A DNA stretch of 64,000 nucleotides from Thermoanaerobaculia bacterium (GTDB lineage: Bacteria; Acidobacteriota; Thermoanaerobaculia; Multivoradales; Multivoraceae): the NCBI GenBank assembly GCA_963664405.1, contig OY761158.1:832001-896000 (forward strand). The letters are read 5' to 3'. The notes beneath the pieces were generated by a model, which saw only the letters and a program-made list of their open reading frames with translations, did no database searches and was not told where the DNA came from. Every line of letters begins with the position of its first letter. Within the stretch, counting starts at the first letter, position 1. Of this stretch, positions 42,370 through 52,853 are shown one piece after another. The translations under genes and the position numbers were made by a program.

Positions 42370-42955
42370 CTAGACCGACTCGGTGACTCCCGGGACCGGG
42401 ATTCGGTAGCGCCCGTTGGCGTCCGGCAGGGATGGTGGATCAGCATCCCAGGCGTACTTCTCCGGAGCGATGCGGATCTCGGACGCCATCGCCTCTTCGA
42501 AGCTGAGACGCTTGCCGGAGTACGTCGCCATCCGGCCGAGAATGGCGGTCATCGTGCTCATCGCGCCATACTCGGTCTCGTTGAAGGGCTCGCCGCGGCG
42601 GATCGCAGCGAAGAGATCGTCGTGCTCCTGCTGGAAGGGGTCGATGTCCCCTTCGCCGTGGCGCCAACCACCTTTCTTGGTCTGCATGGTGCCCTTGGTG
42701 CCGTGGGCGAACTCGGCGACCTGGTTCCAGCAGTTCTTGATGTGGCGGCATTGGCTGAGCATCGTGGTGCCGTCGGCGAAGGTGTACTCGACGGCGTGGT
42801 GGTCGAAGATCTCGCCATGATCCTTCCCGTTGCGCCACTGTCGGCCTCCCTGCCCCTGGGCTGTCACGGGGTAGGCACCCTTGACCCAGTTGCCGACGTC
42901 GAGGTTGTGAATGTGCTGCTCGACGATGTGGTCGCCGCAGAGCCAGTTGAAGCCG
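42370..42955 (-). pseudogene. Gfo/Idh/MocA oxidoreductase C-terminal fragment
   Basis: FNWLCGDHIVEQHIHNLD...STMTAILGRMATYSG; no Rossmann N-terminus. Confidence 0.8.
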
Positions 42956-43330
42956 CATCCACCGGATGTGGACTCACTGGACTTCTTGAAGACCTCCTGG
43001 AAGATGCTGTAAGGCGTGTCCGCCAGCACCACGATTCCGAAAGCCCCGACCAGAAGGGGCAGGTCAGGCCCACTTCGTTGAGCCAACGTTTCTTTTCGGG
43101 GCTCCAGGTACTCTTGGATTCGCTCCAGGTAGCGATTCCCCAGCGAACTCAGGCGAGAGGCGCCGCCGAGTCCAACCAGGACAACTCCGGCAACACCGAG
43201 CCCCAACCGCGAGCACGCCGCGCTGATCCGGGGCGACTGTCGCAGCCCACCAGCGACAGAGCTACAAAGGCCATGAGGCCCGGCACCGTTGATGCTGCAG
43301 CGCAACATCGAATCATGGCGCCTCGGTCGT

Positions 43331-45085
43331 TTAGTCCCGGTCCGGCAGCGCGAACACGAAGAGGTTGTTGCCCGAGCTCGGGCGAAGCTCGGGCGTGATC
43401 GAAAGGTTGGTCCAAGCCGCCGACCAGGCGCCGGTCGAAGCGACGACATACTGACGTCCGTCGACCGCGTAGCTGATCGGAAAACCGGTGACTGGCGAGC
43501 CGAGATTGACCTCCCACAGAATGGCGCCGGTCTCCTGGTCCAAGGCGCGGAATCGCCCATTCACATCGCCGAAGAAGACGAGCCCACCGCCGGTGGCAAA
43601 GAGCGACATGGTTGCAGCTCGCTGCTCGTAGGTCCAGGTCGTCCTGCCTGTCGCTACAGATACTGCGTACACCGTGCCCGCCTGATCGGTGCCGGGGGCC
43701 ACCTGACTGTTGGCGTCGAGGGCGTAGAGCGGGTTTCCCTCGAAGGTAGAGGTTATGCGTGCGCAGGTGTTGCGGAGCGGGTTGTAGATCATGTGCGTCA
43801 GCGGGCTGTAGGCGCCGGCCTGCCAATTCTTGCCGCCTTTGTGGGTCGGACAGACGAGCATCTCCTGCCCCAGCTCGCTGAAGATCACCTCTGTGTTCTC
43901 GGTCACTTCGCCGGTGGCACCGTCGATATTGCTGATCACGTTTTGTAGCACGGTCGGCGTCGCCCACAGAAACTCCCCGGTCTCGCGGTCGAGGGTGTAG
44001 ACCACACCCGTCTTGCCCGGAATCCCGGTCACCACTTTTCGTACCTCGCCCGCCTGCAGTCGCGGATTGATCCACCGCACTTCGCTCACATCAGGCTCCA
44101 CCACGGTGTCGACCAGGATGCGCTCGAAGGGGTGGTCTAAATCCCAATGGTCGTTGAGATGCTGGTAGTACCAAGCGATCTCCCCGGTGTCTACTTCGAG
44201 CGCGAGCGTCGAGTTGTGGTAGAGGTGCTGGAGGTCTGCGCCACCCAGAAGGAACTTCGGCGCCGGCGAGGTCACCGACGTTCCGATGTAGATGAGCTCC
44301 AGCGTCGGATCGTAGCTCGGCGCCATCCAGGCGCCGACGTGCTTGCGCTCTTCGAAGGGCACATCACCCCAGGTCTCGTCACCCGGCTCACCGGGTGCTG
44401 GAATCGTTCGCCGCCGCCACAGCTCCTTGCCGGTTCTGGCGTCGTGCGCCACAATCACACACGCGTCCGGCCCACCGCGCGGCCGGCAGCTGCGCCCCGA
44501 GATCGCTCTGCCGTCGGCAATGATGGGTCCGGAGCCCTGGATCGCAGGCTGTTTCTTGTAATCGAGGATCTCGGTGTCCCAGACCAGCTCCCCCGAAGTC
44601 GCGTCGAGGGCGAAGATGTGGTCGTCGTAGCTGGTATCGATGATCAGACTGCCATAGATCGCGATATTACGGTTGTTGGCACCCAGGCTGCCGACGTGCT
44701 GCACGACGTCGTCGGGAAGGTCGCGCCGGTACTCCCAGATGAGGTCACCGGTCATCGCGTCGATCGCCTGAATGACATCCTTCGGGTTCGGCATGTACAT
44801 GACACCGTCGTAGACCAGCGGCGTCCCCTGCTGGCGGCCCTCGGTCAGACCTCGAGACCAGACCAGGCGCAGATTGTCCACGTTGTCGCGGGTGATCTCT
44901 TCGAGCGGGCTGTAGGCCCAGCCGTCGAGCGTGCGGCGCCACATCAGCCAGTCGGCGTCGCTGGGGCTCTGGAGCATGGCGTCGGTGACCGGGATGAAGT
45001 CGTTCTCCCTCTGGGCCTGGGTGGCGACCTGTCCGCTGGCCGACAGCATGATCGCAACCGCGATCAACAAGCCGAGATTTGCCAT
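43331..45085 (-). CDS. PQQ-binding beta-propeller dehydrogenase-like protein
   Basis: DWLMWRR...YSPL..I...NV, TPLVYDGVMY, DHWDLD, TGGGLVF.GD, ISYAVDGRQYV; first codons lie inside the IS end. Confidence 0.88.
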   Translation of the reverse strand: MANLGLLIAVAIMLSASGQVATQAQRENDFIPVTDAMLQSPSDADWLMWRRTLDGWAYSPLEEITRDNVDNLRLVWSRGLTEGRQQGTPLVYDGVMYMPNPKDVIQAIDAMTGDLIWEYRRDLPDDVVQHVGSLGANNRNIAIYGSLIIDTSYDDHIFALDATSGELVWDTEILDYKKQPAIQGSGPIIADGRAISGRSCRPRGGPDACVIVAHDARTGKELWRRRTIPAPGEPGDETWGDVPFEERKHVGAWMAPSYDPTLELIYIGTSVTSPAPKFLLGGADLQHLYHNSTLALEVDTGEIAWYYQHLNDHWDLDHPFERILVDTVVEPDVSEVRWINPRLQAGEVRKVVTGIPGKTGVVYTLDRETGEFLWATPTVLQNVISNIDGATGEVTENTEVIFSELGQEMLVCPTHKGGKNWQAGAYSPLTHMIYNPLRNTCARITSTFEGNPLYALDANSQVAPGTDQAGTVYAVSVATGRTTWTYEQRAATMSLFATGGGLVFFGDVNGRFRALDQETGAILWEVNLGSPVTGFPISYAVDGRQYVVASTGAWSAAWTNLSITPELRPSSGNNLFVFALPDRD

Positions 45086-46749
45086 TTGGCTCTCTCCTCC
45101 AGTTCCAGACCCAGGATTGGAGGGCATGCTACCACACTCCCCGCCGTGTCTTGGACGAGCCCGCCCCCAGCGAGTCTCCCAGAGCGCCTCCAGAGGCGGG
45201 AAAACCGCTGGTCCGACGGTTTGCACGGCTCTTTCGCTGGGACCGAGCGCACCGGTCCGTCTGCTCGCTGAGCGCGCTCCTTGGTACTCGCTGGCGGGTC
45301 CGTCATCCCGGCTCCAGCAGAGGCAGCATGAGTCGGGAGATTCTGCGGAGGATGGCCCGGAAGAGGCGCTGGGGCACCGCGACCTCCGCCATCTGGAACG
45401 TGACGTACCTGGCTGAAGACACGACCTTCGCACCGATCTTGATGAGCTTGTCCCGTAGCGTCGTCAGCGACCAGTGGCTGACGCCAGGCGGTAGAGCGAC
45501 ACGGCGGAGGAAGTTCCCCAGGTTGTACGCCAGCGCGAACAGCTGGAGACGGACCTGGTTGTCCACGAAGTCGTGGCAGGACAGCTTCGTCCATTTCAAC
45601 GCGTTCTTTCCTTCCTTGATCCATTGCTCCGCCACACCGCGTCCGTTGTAGAATCTCACCACTCCTGCCGCGTCGCGGCGCAGGTTGGTCACGATGAAGC
45701 CAACGCGGGGAAACAGCTCGCCCCTGTGCCACTCCACCTTTGCCACCACGCGGCGCGCCCTGTCCCAACTTTCCGCACGATACGAGAAACTCTCGTACCA
45801 GATGATCGGCTTCTTCGGCGGACGGCCCACGGGGCGAGTCAGCAGATGCTCGATTTCGCGCTGCAGCACCCTATTGGCCGGAAGGCGGATGGCGTAGAGG
45901 TATCTTTCCTGCTCCAGGAACGTGTAGATGTCTGGGTTGGCGAAGGCGGCGTCTCCTCGGAAAAAGCGTCGAAGCTTCTCGTTACGGTAGCGAGCAACCA
46001 CCGGCTCGAGCACCGAGCGCCAGTCGTCCGCGCTGTGGACGTTCCCCTCGCGCAGTATCGCCCGCTCCAGGTCCCCGAATTGGTTGAAGCAGAACAGTGG
46101 ATGGTAGCAGCTACATCGAAAGTGACCGTTGTATGCAGAGCCCTCCTGACGGCCATACGTCTCGCTCACCGAGCTGTCCATGTCGAGGATGATCTCGCGC
46201 TTTGGTTTCCGCTGCCGCAGCCGGTCGATCCACTTTCCCGAAAGGTCCATCAAGGCTTCCAGATTCTCACGCCGAGTGAGGACCGCCGTCTCGAACCTAC
46301 TCATCTGACTGGTCGATGCGGCGTTGCGCTCCTTCGCCCTGCCGCCTACGACATGGCGCATCGCAGGGTCTACCGACAGCCGCTCCGCATCGTTGGTGTC
46401 TTCGTATCCTGCCAGGCGGCTGAACACCGATTGCCGCAACAGGGCCATCATGCTGTGCTGGGTGTTGCTCCCGGTCCGCCAGTCCGCCAACAAACCGCTC
46501 GCTGTAGTAGTCAGTCGCAGCGCCTCGTCCAGTTCTCGGTAGGCCAGCAGACCCGCATCGCTGGTGACCTTGGAGCCGTGGAACTCCAGCTTCAGGCTGC
46601 GGTCGAAAACGACTCTGAGAGCGCCTTTCCCTCTTTCACCCATCAGATTCTCCCGATCTGCTCGCGCCGAAAGCGAGGAAAGCCTTTGTTCATGCGGCCG
46701 ATCCAGGGTTCATTATGCCCGATTCAGCCTCCCATCTGGGAAATCCGGG
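45072..46749 (-). mobile_element. IS1380-family insertion sequence (second, distinct element)
   Basis: Imperfect IRs CCGAGATTTGCCATTTGG / CCCGGATTTCCCAGATGG; no TSD; flanked by truncated genes. Confidence 0.8.
45303..46643 (-). CDS. IS1380-family transposase
   Basis: [26 protein letters not shown]...[25 protein letters not shown]. Confidence 0.93.
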   Translation of the reverse strand: MGERGKGALRVVFDRSLKLEFHGSKVTSDAGLLAYRELDEALRLTTTASGLLADWRTGSNTQHSMMALLRQSVFSRLAGYEDTNDAERLSVDPAMRHVVGGRAKERNAASTSQMSRFETAVLTRRENLEALMDLSGKWIDRLRQRKPKREIILDMDSSVSETYGRQEGSAYNGHFRCSCYHPLFCFNQFGDLERAILREGNVHSADDWRSVLEPVVARYRNEKLRRFFRGDAAFANPDIYTFLEQERYLYAIRLPANRVLQREIEHLLTRPVGRPPKKPIIWYESFSYRAESWDRARRVVAKVEWHRGELFPRVGFIVTNLRRDAAGVVRFYNGRGVAEQWIKEGKNALKWTKLSCHDFVDNQVRLQLFALAYNLGNFLRRVALPPGVSHWSLTTLRDKLIKIGAKVVSSARYVTFQMAEVAVPQRLFRAILRRISRLMLPLLEPG

Positions 46750-46907
46750 ATGAAGTCTTTCCCTGCACCGGCGCTAACAAGTATGGCCTGATCGAAGACA
46801 TCGAGGTCGACGATCGAGGGCTGGTCTACGCGCCCACCGGACCGGGACTCGGCTACGAGATCGATTGGGAGCTGGTGAAACGGGAGCACACAGCCACCGT
46901 CGACTAG
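46750..46907 (+). pseudogene. mandelate racemase/enolase-superfamily C-terminal fragment
   Basis: IEVDDRGLVYAPTGPGLGYEIDWE. Confidence 0.65.
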
Positions 46908-46947
46908 CTGGCGACGCGTCAGGCCTGGTTTGTCGCCAGGAAGGTGA

Positions 46948-48036
46948 CTAACGACCGCTGGGCTCGCCCGCCTCGCGCTCCAAGAGTCGCGAGCCTCGGA
47001 GGATGTTGCCCATCGCGTAGTTGCCTTCGTGACACGCGAACTCGTAGAGACGATCGCCGCTCTTCATCAGCATCACCCCGGTGAAGGGCCTGGTGTACGT
47101 GGCCGGGTCATCGACCGTGAACTCGTAGCGCAAGGTACCTTCGTCGATTCGCTGAAAGCGCTCGGTGACCCGCATGTGCTTGGCGTTGCCGACGGAGGCG
47201 ACGACGTCCGCGGAGAAACTCGTGACCTTCGAGCTGAAGTTGGTCGTCTCCACGACCAGCGTATCGCCGTCCCAGCGCCCCAGCGAAGAGCCCATCCAGG
47301 GCCGGATGTGCATCGGAAGACGACCGCGACCGTCGATCGGCACGATCCTCGCGTCGTGCACCATCTCGTTGAGGATGACCACGTGGTCCTCGGTCTGCAC
47401 GATTCTGATGTTCTGGTTGTAGCCGGCCGGGATGATCGGAGGGCCGGAGTTGAAGCCGAGCAGACAGCGCTCGGCAAGACCGCGGCTCTCGGGTCCGTCG
47501 TTGCCGATCCCTCCGACGCGCAATCGAACGGGTAGATCAGTTGGCAGGTCATCTCCTGTGCTTTGCCCACCGACACTCCGGGAGTGAACATCGTGCTTCT
47601 GGACTCCTGGCTGGGTGGGTGGCAGGCGGCCATTCGGCGGATCGATGATCAGAGACGTGCGACGGTCCGCGCTGACTCTGGCTCCGCTGTCGAACCAGAA
47701 GCTGTTGTAGGCGCCGACGCCTTCGGGCGGAGCCTCTCGATCTGGGTCGCTCGGCTGGTCTCGCTCTGCCGCTCGCGCTGCCGCCTTCGATTCGATCTCG
47801 GCGGCTTCTTCTTCGCTCAGCACCGCCTGCTCGGCCTTGTCCTCGGATCGGATCAGTGGGGTCAGAGTCCGAAAGTCCCAGACCCCTTCGAGATCGGGGC
47901 GGCCGTTCGAGGTGCGCCTCGGCTCAGAAGGGTCGGCCTCGGCCGCAAGGGTCGGCGTCGAGATGAAGAGAAAGGCGAGGCTCAACATCAGGGCCGAGGT
48001 TGCTGCTTTGAATTGGATTCGTTCTTGTCGAGGCAT
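46948..48036 (-). CDS. secreted hypothetical protein
   Basis: Signal peptide; GRPDLEGVW, ERCL, GRWDGDTLVVET, YEFACHEGN. Confidence 0.8.
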   Translation of the reverse strand: MPRQERIQFKAATSALMLSLAFLFISTPTLAAEADPSEPRRTSNGRPDLEGVWDFRTLTPLIRSEDKAEQAVLSEEEAAEIESKAAARAAERDQPSDPDREAPPEGVGAYNSFWFDSGARVSADRRTSLIIDPPNGRLPPTQPGVQKHDVHSRSVGGQSTGDDLPTDLPVRLRVGGIGNDGPESRGLAERCLLGFNSGPPIIPAGYNQNIRIVQTEDHVVILNEMVHDARIVPIDGRGRLPMHIRPWMGSSLGRWDGDTLVVETTNFSSKVTSFSADVVASVGNAKHMRVTERFQRIDEGTLRYEFTVDDPATYTRPFTGVMLMKSGDRLYEFACHEGNYAMGNILRGSRLLEREAGEPSGR

Positions 48037-48374
48037 CGAGCCTCCTTTCGTGGCCGCGCCCGTCTTCCGGATGCGGGTACTGTCGCACCGGCGCTGTCTG
48101 TGCCCCTAGGTTACACGACTGCACTCGATGAGCAAGAGAATCTGCATTCAGGAGTCCTCTTCCTGCCCTGTCGCCGACGAGCAGGAGGTCGTCGCGATTC
48201 GGATCAACACTGGTATACCAGCCTCTAAAGTGTTCTCCGCATTTGATTTAATCTCGATCCATGAGTGAAGCTCAGATCCATACTCCGGGCTGGGGTAGGC
48301 GATAGGTAGGATTTGGGCGGTGATTTCGGGCTCAGGGAGTCAGGTGGTCCTGCCGTGTCCATCATCCGTTGGGC

Positions 48375-48401
48375 AACCCTCGACCTCTTGAATGCCATTC
48401 A
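48375..48401 (-). other. tRNA-Ala(GGC) fragment, probable att-site relic
   Basis: Minus strand TGA-ATGGCAT-TCAAG-AGGTC-GAGGG-TT = anticodon arm to start of T-loop; rest of tRNA absent. Confidence 0.65.
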
Positions 48402-48410
48402 GAGGGCGCC

Positions 48411-48497
48411 GGTTTGCTGGAGTTTGTTGTGGTTTGAGTTTCCTGTTGTTTCGGTCGAAATCTCTTGGTTCGGTTTGCTGTGGTTTGTTGTGGTTTG
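48411..48497. repeat. pair of 26-bp direct repeats with 10-bp-phased GTTTG
   Basis: GGTTTGCTGGAGTTTGTTGTGGTTTG (48411) and GGTTTGCTGTGGTTTGTTGTGGTTTG (48472). Confidence 0.75.
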
Positions 48498-48594
48498 CGT
48501 GCTGGCGATTGCTATGTGATTGCTGAGATGTCGCCAGCTTGTGTGGCGCCAGTGATCTCCAGTCATTCGGAAACGCATCAACAAGCGAAGGCGG

Positions 48595-49083
48595 TTACTC
48601 CCCCTCCGACTGCTCCTCGTTGCCCTCCTGCTCGAGCAGCTGTGCGTCCATCAGATCTTTTGGGCGTCCGGCCGCGAGCTTGTTGCTGACCAATTGCCTA
48701 CGCCCAAGCACCGGCAGTCGCATACCTTCGATCTCAGTCTCGATTGCAAACTCTTCGGCCTCGTCGAACTCGACACCGCTGATAGAGGTCATCACGTCGA
48801 CTCGTCTCGGCGGCAGCCCCATCTGGTAGACGGTGCCCTCCTTCTCGAAGTCTCGCTGCGAGACGCCATGGCTCGCCACCGGTGCCCCGAACACGTCCAG
48901 AGCACGCATCAGTCGAGCGGCGTTCTCGGAGCTTGGCGCGACGAAAACGTCCAGATCTCCCGTTGCTCTCGGGATGCCGTGCACGGCTAACGCGTGTGCG
49001 CCCACGATCACGAAGCGCACGCCCGCTTCCCGCAGGGCGGCCAGTAGGTCCCTGAAGTCGTCGTTCAGGACCGGTTCGCTCAA
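48595..49083 (-). CDS. nucleotidyltransferase-family protein
   Basis: VGAHALAVHGIPRATGDLD...NKLAAGRPKDLMD. Confidence 0.82.
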   Translation of the reverse strand: MSEPVLNDDFRDLLAALREAGVRFVIVGAHALAVHGIPRATGDLDVFVAPSSENAARLMRALDVFGAPVASHGVSQRDFEKEGTVYQMGLPPRRVDVMTSISGVEFDEAEEFAIETEIEGMRLPVLGRRQLVSNKLAAGRPKDLMDAQLLEQEGNEEQSEGE

Positions 49084-49352
49084 TCCGATGTGCCTGATCG
49101 AAGGACCGTACCGGGCATGTCTGCGCGCTCGTAGTCGGGGATGTCGCGACCTGACAGTCGCCAAGAGAGTACGGTCAGAGGCCACATCATCGCCAACCGC
49201 TCACTAGCAGTCGTCTGCGCGCTCAGGTCGTCCGAGGGCTCGACGCCCAGGTTGTAGCGCCGAATCGGCCATTTCTGCCGGGCGCGGCGTCGGTGGTCGC
49301 GAGCCTCGTCCTCTGAGACTGCGGCCCGTCGCTTCGTTGAACGAGCTTTCAC
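49080..49352 (-). CDS. small hypothetical partner of the nucleotidyltransferase
   Basis: TTASERLAMMWPL...W; 4-bp overlap with the downstream gene. Confidence 0.6.
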   Translation of the reverse strand: MKARSTKRRAAVSEDEARDHRRRARQKWPIRRYNLGVEPSDDLSAQTTASERLAMMWPLTVLSWRLSGRDIPDYERADMPGTVLRSGTSD

Positions 49353-49861
49353 TGGTTGATTCTACTAAGCGGCTAAGCTCTGGTCGAACGACCCCTCGGA
49401 AGGAGGGGGAGGGATCGGGATTCCTTTTGATGAGCGTGAGGTCGTCCGTTTGCTGCAGAGGAAGCGGACACCCATCAACAAGCGCAACGTCGCCGCCCAC
49501 GCTAGCAGCAACGCGGGGATGAGAGAGGCCAAGATCGGGTGTCACTTTCTCAACCTTGATTCGACTCGACTCGACGCGGCTCGCAAACCTACGGATTCGC
49601 TTCAAACCACTCCTGTTCCGCCAGCCGCGCCCCGCGCAGCATAGTGAACCCCAGAGTGACACCAGATAGACCGATCACGGTCGGACTGACGAGGAGTCTT
49701 GCGTCTCGCTCCTGTGGCACGATGGGTTTGAATGGCGAGCGCTGCGCGATCGGCGTTATACTTACGCGCGGTATCTCTCAGACGGCAAGGAGCTGCTGTT
49801 CGACAGCGTGGCCGATCCGATACAGTCGAAGGAACCTGGCCAGTCAGAAGGAAGCGTCACA

Positions 49862-51367
49862 ATGAAACGAATTACCCTCTTCATTGCCATCGCCACATTC
49901 ATCGCACCGCTTGCGCACGCAATACAGAAGCGCCCAAACATCGTCGTCTTCCTCGTCGATGACATGGGTTTGATGGACACCTCCGTCCCGTTCCTGACGG
50001 ACACAAACGGAAAACCAGAACGACAACCGCTCAACGATTTCTTCCGAACCCCTTCGATGGAACGCTTGGCCAAACAAGGTATTCGCTTCAGTGACTTTTA
50101 CGCGATGAGCGTGTGTTCACCGACGCGGGTATCGATCATGACCGGCCAGACATCAGCGCGACATCACACAACCCAATTCATCAACCCCGAGAGAGACAAC
50201 CGTGGCGGGCACGGCCCGGACTGGCAGTGGAAGGGAATCTCAAAGACAGACGTGACGCTGCCAGCGCTGTTGCGGAAGGCAGGCTATCGCACGATCCACA
50301 GCGGCAAAGCGCACTTTGGCCCGACCGGATCGTTCGGCGCCGAACCAAAGAACATCGGCTTCGACATCAACATCGCCGGATGCTCGTTCGGCAGACCCGC
50401 GACCTATTACGGGACAGCCAATTTTGGGAACGGAGAGAAGAAGCACGAAGCCATACCTGGCCTGGAGAAGTATCACGGCAAGGACATTTACCTGACCGAA
50501 GCGCTGACCATCGAAATGAACGCCGCGATCAGCCAGAGCGTGAAGGACAAGAAGCCCTTCTTCGCCTACATGTCTCTCTATGCCGTTCACAGTCCTTTTG
50601 AGGCCAATCCGCGCTACGTTGACAACTACAAAACGTTGCCCGAAGGCGCGGAGGGTGAATCCGCTCAAGCGTTTGGCACCATGATCGAGGGCATGGACAC
50701 GTCGCTCGGCGACATCCTCGATCATTTGGACGAACTCGGCGTCGCTGAAGACACGATGGTCTTCTTCCTGGGAGACAACGGCACGGATGCACCGTTCGGC
50801 CCGACCCACACTATCGCCTGCGCGGCGCCATTGCGTGGCAAGAAAGGCACACACTATGAAGGCGGCCTGCGGGTGCCCTTCATCGCGGCCTGGGCCAAAC
50901 CGGATCCATCCAGCGCCTTTCAGAAGCGACGCCCCATTGCGCGGGGCGCCATCATCAGCCAGTTGGGCGCGGTTTACGACCTATTTCCAACGGTGCTCTC
51001 GGTAGCAGGCATCACTCCTCTCGACGAACACACCGTCGATGGTATCGATCTGAGTGACTTTTTGACTGGCGAGGCAAGAAAACGTCAACGCGAGTTCCTG
51101 ATGCACTTCCCGCACGAGCATCGTAGCTCTTATTTCACGAGCTATCGCCGCGGTGAGTGGAAGCTTGTCTACCACTACATGAAGTCAGGCGGCGATCGCT
51201 ATGAGCTCTTCAATCTGACCCAAGATCGTGACGAATCGAACAACCTCGCGTCCAAACAACCAGAGATGCTGCGAGAGATGATGACGGCGATGAACGATTC
51301 ACTGGAAGGGGCAAACGCCCAATACCCGATCAAGGACGGAAAGGCCTTGAGACCGTCGCTGAACTGA
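49862..51367 (+). CDS. sulfatase
   Basis: Signal peptide, RPNIVVFLVDDMG, CSPTRVSIMTG, GKAH, GDNG. Confidence 0.92.
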   Translation: MKRITLFIAIATFIAPLAHAIQKRPNIVVFLVDDMGLMDTSVPFLTDTNGKPERQPLNDFFRTPSMERLAKQGIRFSDFYAMSVCSPTRVSIMTGQTSARHHTTQFINPERDNRGGHGPDWQWKGISKTDVTLPALLRKAGYRTIHSGKAHFGPTGSFGAEPKNIGFDINIAGCSFGRPATYYGTANFGNGEKKHEAIPGLEKYHGKDIYLTEALTIEMNAAISQSVKDKKPFFAYMSLYAVHSPFEANPRYVDNYKTLPEGAEGESAQAFGTMIEGMDTSLGDILDHLDELGVAEDTMVFFLGDNGTDAPFGPTHTIACAAPLRGKKGTHYEGGLRVPFIAAWAKPDPSSAFQKRRPIARGAIISQLGAVYDLFPTVLSVAGITPLDEHTVDGIDLSDFLTGEARKRQREFLMHFPHEHRSSYFTSYRRGEWKLVYHYMKSGGDRYELFNLTQDRDESNNLASKQPEMLREMMTAMNDSLEGANAQYPIKDGKALRPSLN

Positions 51368-51541
51368 CGGACGGCCGCCAGGCATGCCGCAGGCGTGAGC
51401 GCGGAGGAGGCTGCCCGCACCATAGATATGACCCATCACACCGAGATCCCCATCCTAGAGCCGGGCGCGAACCTCCTGGCAGTAGAACGGATGTACATGC
51501 GGCTGGAGAATCCTGACTGAGACACGAAGGAGCGCGTCACG

Positions 51542-52174
51542 ATGAGTAAGAAGCAGACCCGCCGGGAGTTTCTACAGCAGTCTTCTCGCCTGGTCGCCGG
51601 CACTGCCTTGGCGGGGCAGGTCGCGACAGGGGCCGGTGCCCAACAGGAGCGGCCGCCCAACCTCCTCTTCTTCTTCCCCGATCAGCACCGTCCCGACTGG
51701 ATCGGCTACGGTCCCAACGCGCTGCCCATCTCTACGCCCAACCTCGCGCGCCTGGCTCGCACCGGCGTGAGCTTCAACCGGGCCGTCGTCTCCTCGCCCA
51801 TCTGCGCGCCCTCGCGTGCCTGCCTGGCCGGCGGACGCGAGTACGACCGCTGCGGCGTGCGCAAGAACGGCATCCCGTATCCACGAGATCGCACCACCTA
51901 CTACCGTCTGCTGCGAGACGCGGGCTACCACACCATGGGAGTCGGCAAGCTCGACCTGGCGCAAGGCACCAGGGACTGGGGCTCGATACACGCCGACGCC
52001 TGGGGCTTTTCGGCGATGATCAACAACGCCGGCAAGGCCGCGGGCATGGGGGCCTACCTTAGTGACCCGGTCGGACCCAAGGGCCCTTACTACGAATATC
52101 TCGACTCTCTCGAGCCACCTCGAGGCCGCGTCTGCGCCGAAGACCTTGCGCGGCGCAGCTCCAACCGTCCTGAC
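51542..52174 (+). pseudogene. Tat-exported sulfatase, truncated by IS6
   Basis: TRREFL, PNLLFFFPDQHR, CAPSRA; IS6 IR begins at 52175. Confidence 0.85.
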
Positions 52175-52853
52175 GGCACTGTCAAGTTAATCCTGCCGGT
52201 GCGAGCTTGTGCCGCGGACGAGCCTTGATTCCGAGTTCAGCAGACGCACGTCTCCTGTCTCCAAACGCCGAAGGAGCGATCTCGCAGCGTCCGGTGGTTG
52301 GCTGAGCTGACGAGGTGCCGCCCAACGCGGAACAGATTCTGGATGACTGCGTGAGCGGAGAGGAATCGCTGCGCCTGGCCGGGCGACTTGAAGCGGCGCA
52401 TCTGTCGCTCTCGCTGCCGGGTCGGCTGATGGGAGACCTCGGCACCGTTGTTGGCGTACTGGCTCGTATCGTGCCTGACAGAGGGCATAGTGGTCCGGTG
52501 CGCTGCGCCATAGCTCCTCAACTTGTCGGTCACCAGGAGCACCGGCTCTGCCCCTTGGCCCTTCAAGAGCTTGCGGAAGAAGCGTTCCGCTGCTTTTCGA
52601 TCACGGCGTGGCTGCACGAGGATGTCTATGACGTCGCCATCCTGATCGACGGCACGCCACAAGTACTGCCTCTTGCCCTGGATGGTCACGAAGAGCTCGT
52701 CCAAGAACCAGGTGTCACCCAGTCGGCCGCCTCGCCGCTTCAGCTTGCGGGCGTACTCCGTGCCGAACTTCCGGCACCATTGACGGATGGTCTCGTAGGA
52801 GACGACGATTCCTCGCTCCGCCAAGGAGATCCTCCACATCTCGGAAGCTCAGG

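Noticed and set aside
42370-43560. A single 396-aa novel protein
   Set aside because: It is an in-frame chimera of an alternate-frame stretch of the PQQ gene end, a membrane-protein piece and an oxidoreductase tail
48340-48440. Intact tRNA-Ala gene
   Set aside because: No acceptor stem, D-arm or complete TTCG loop
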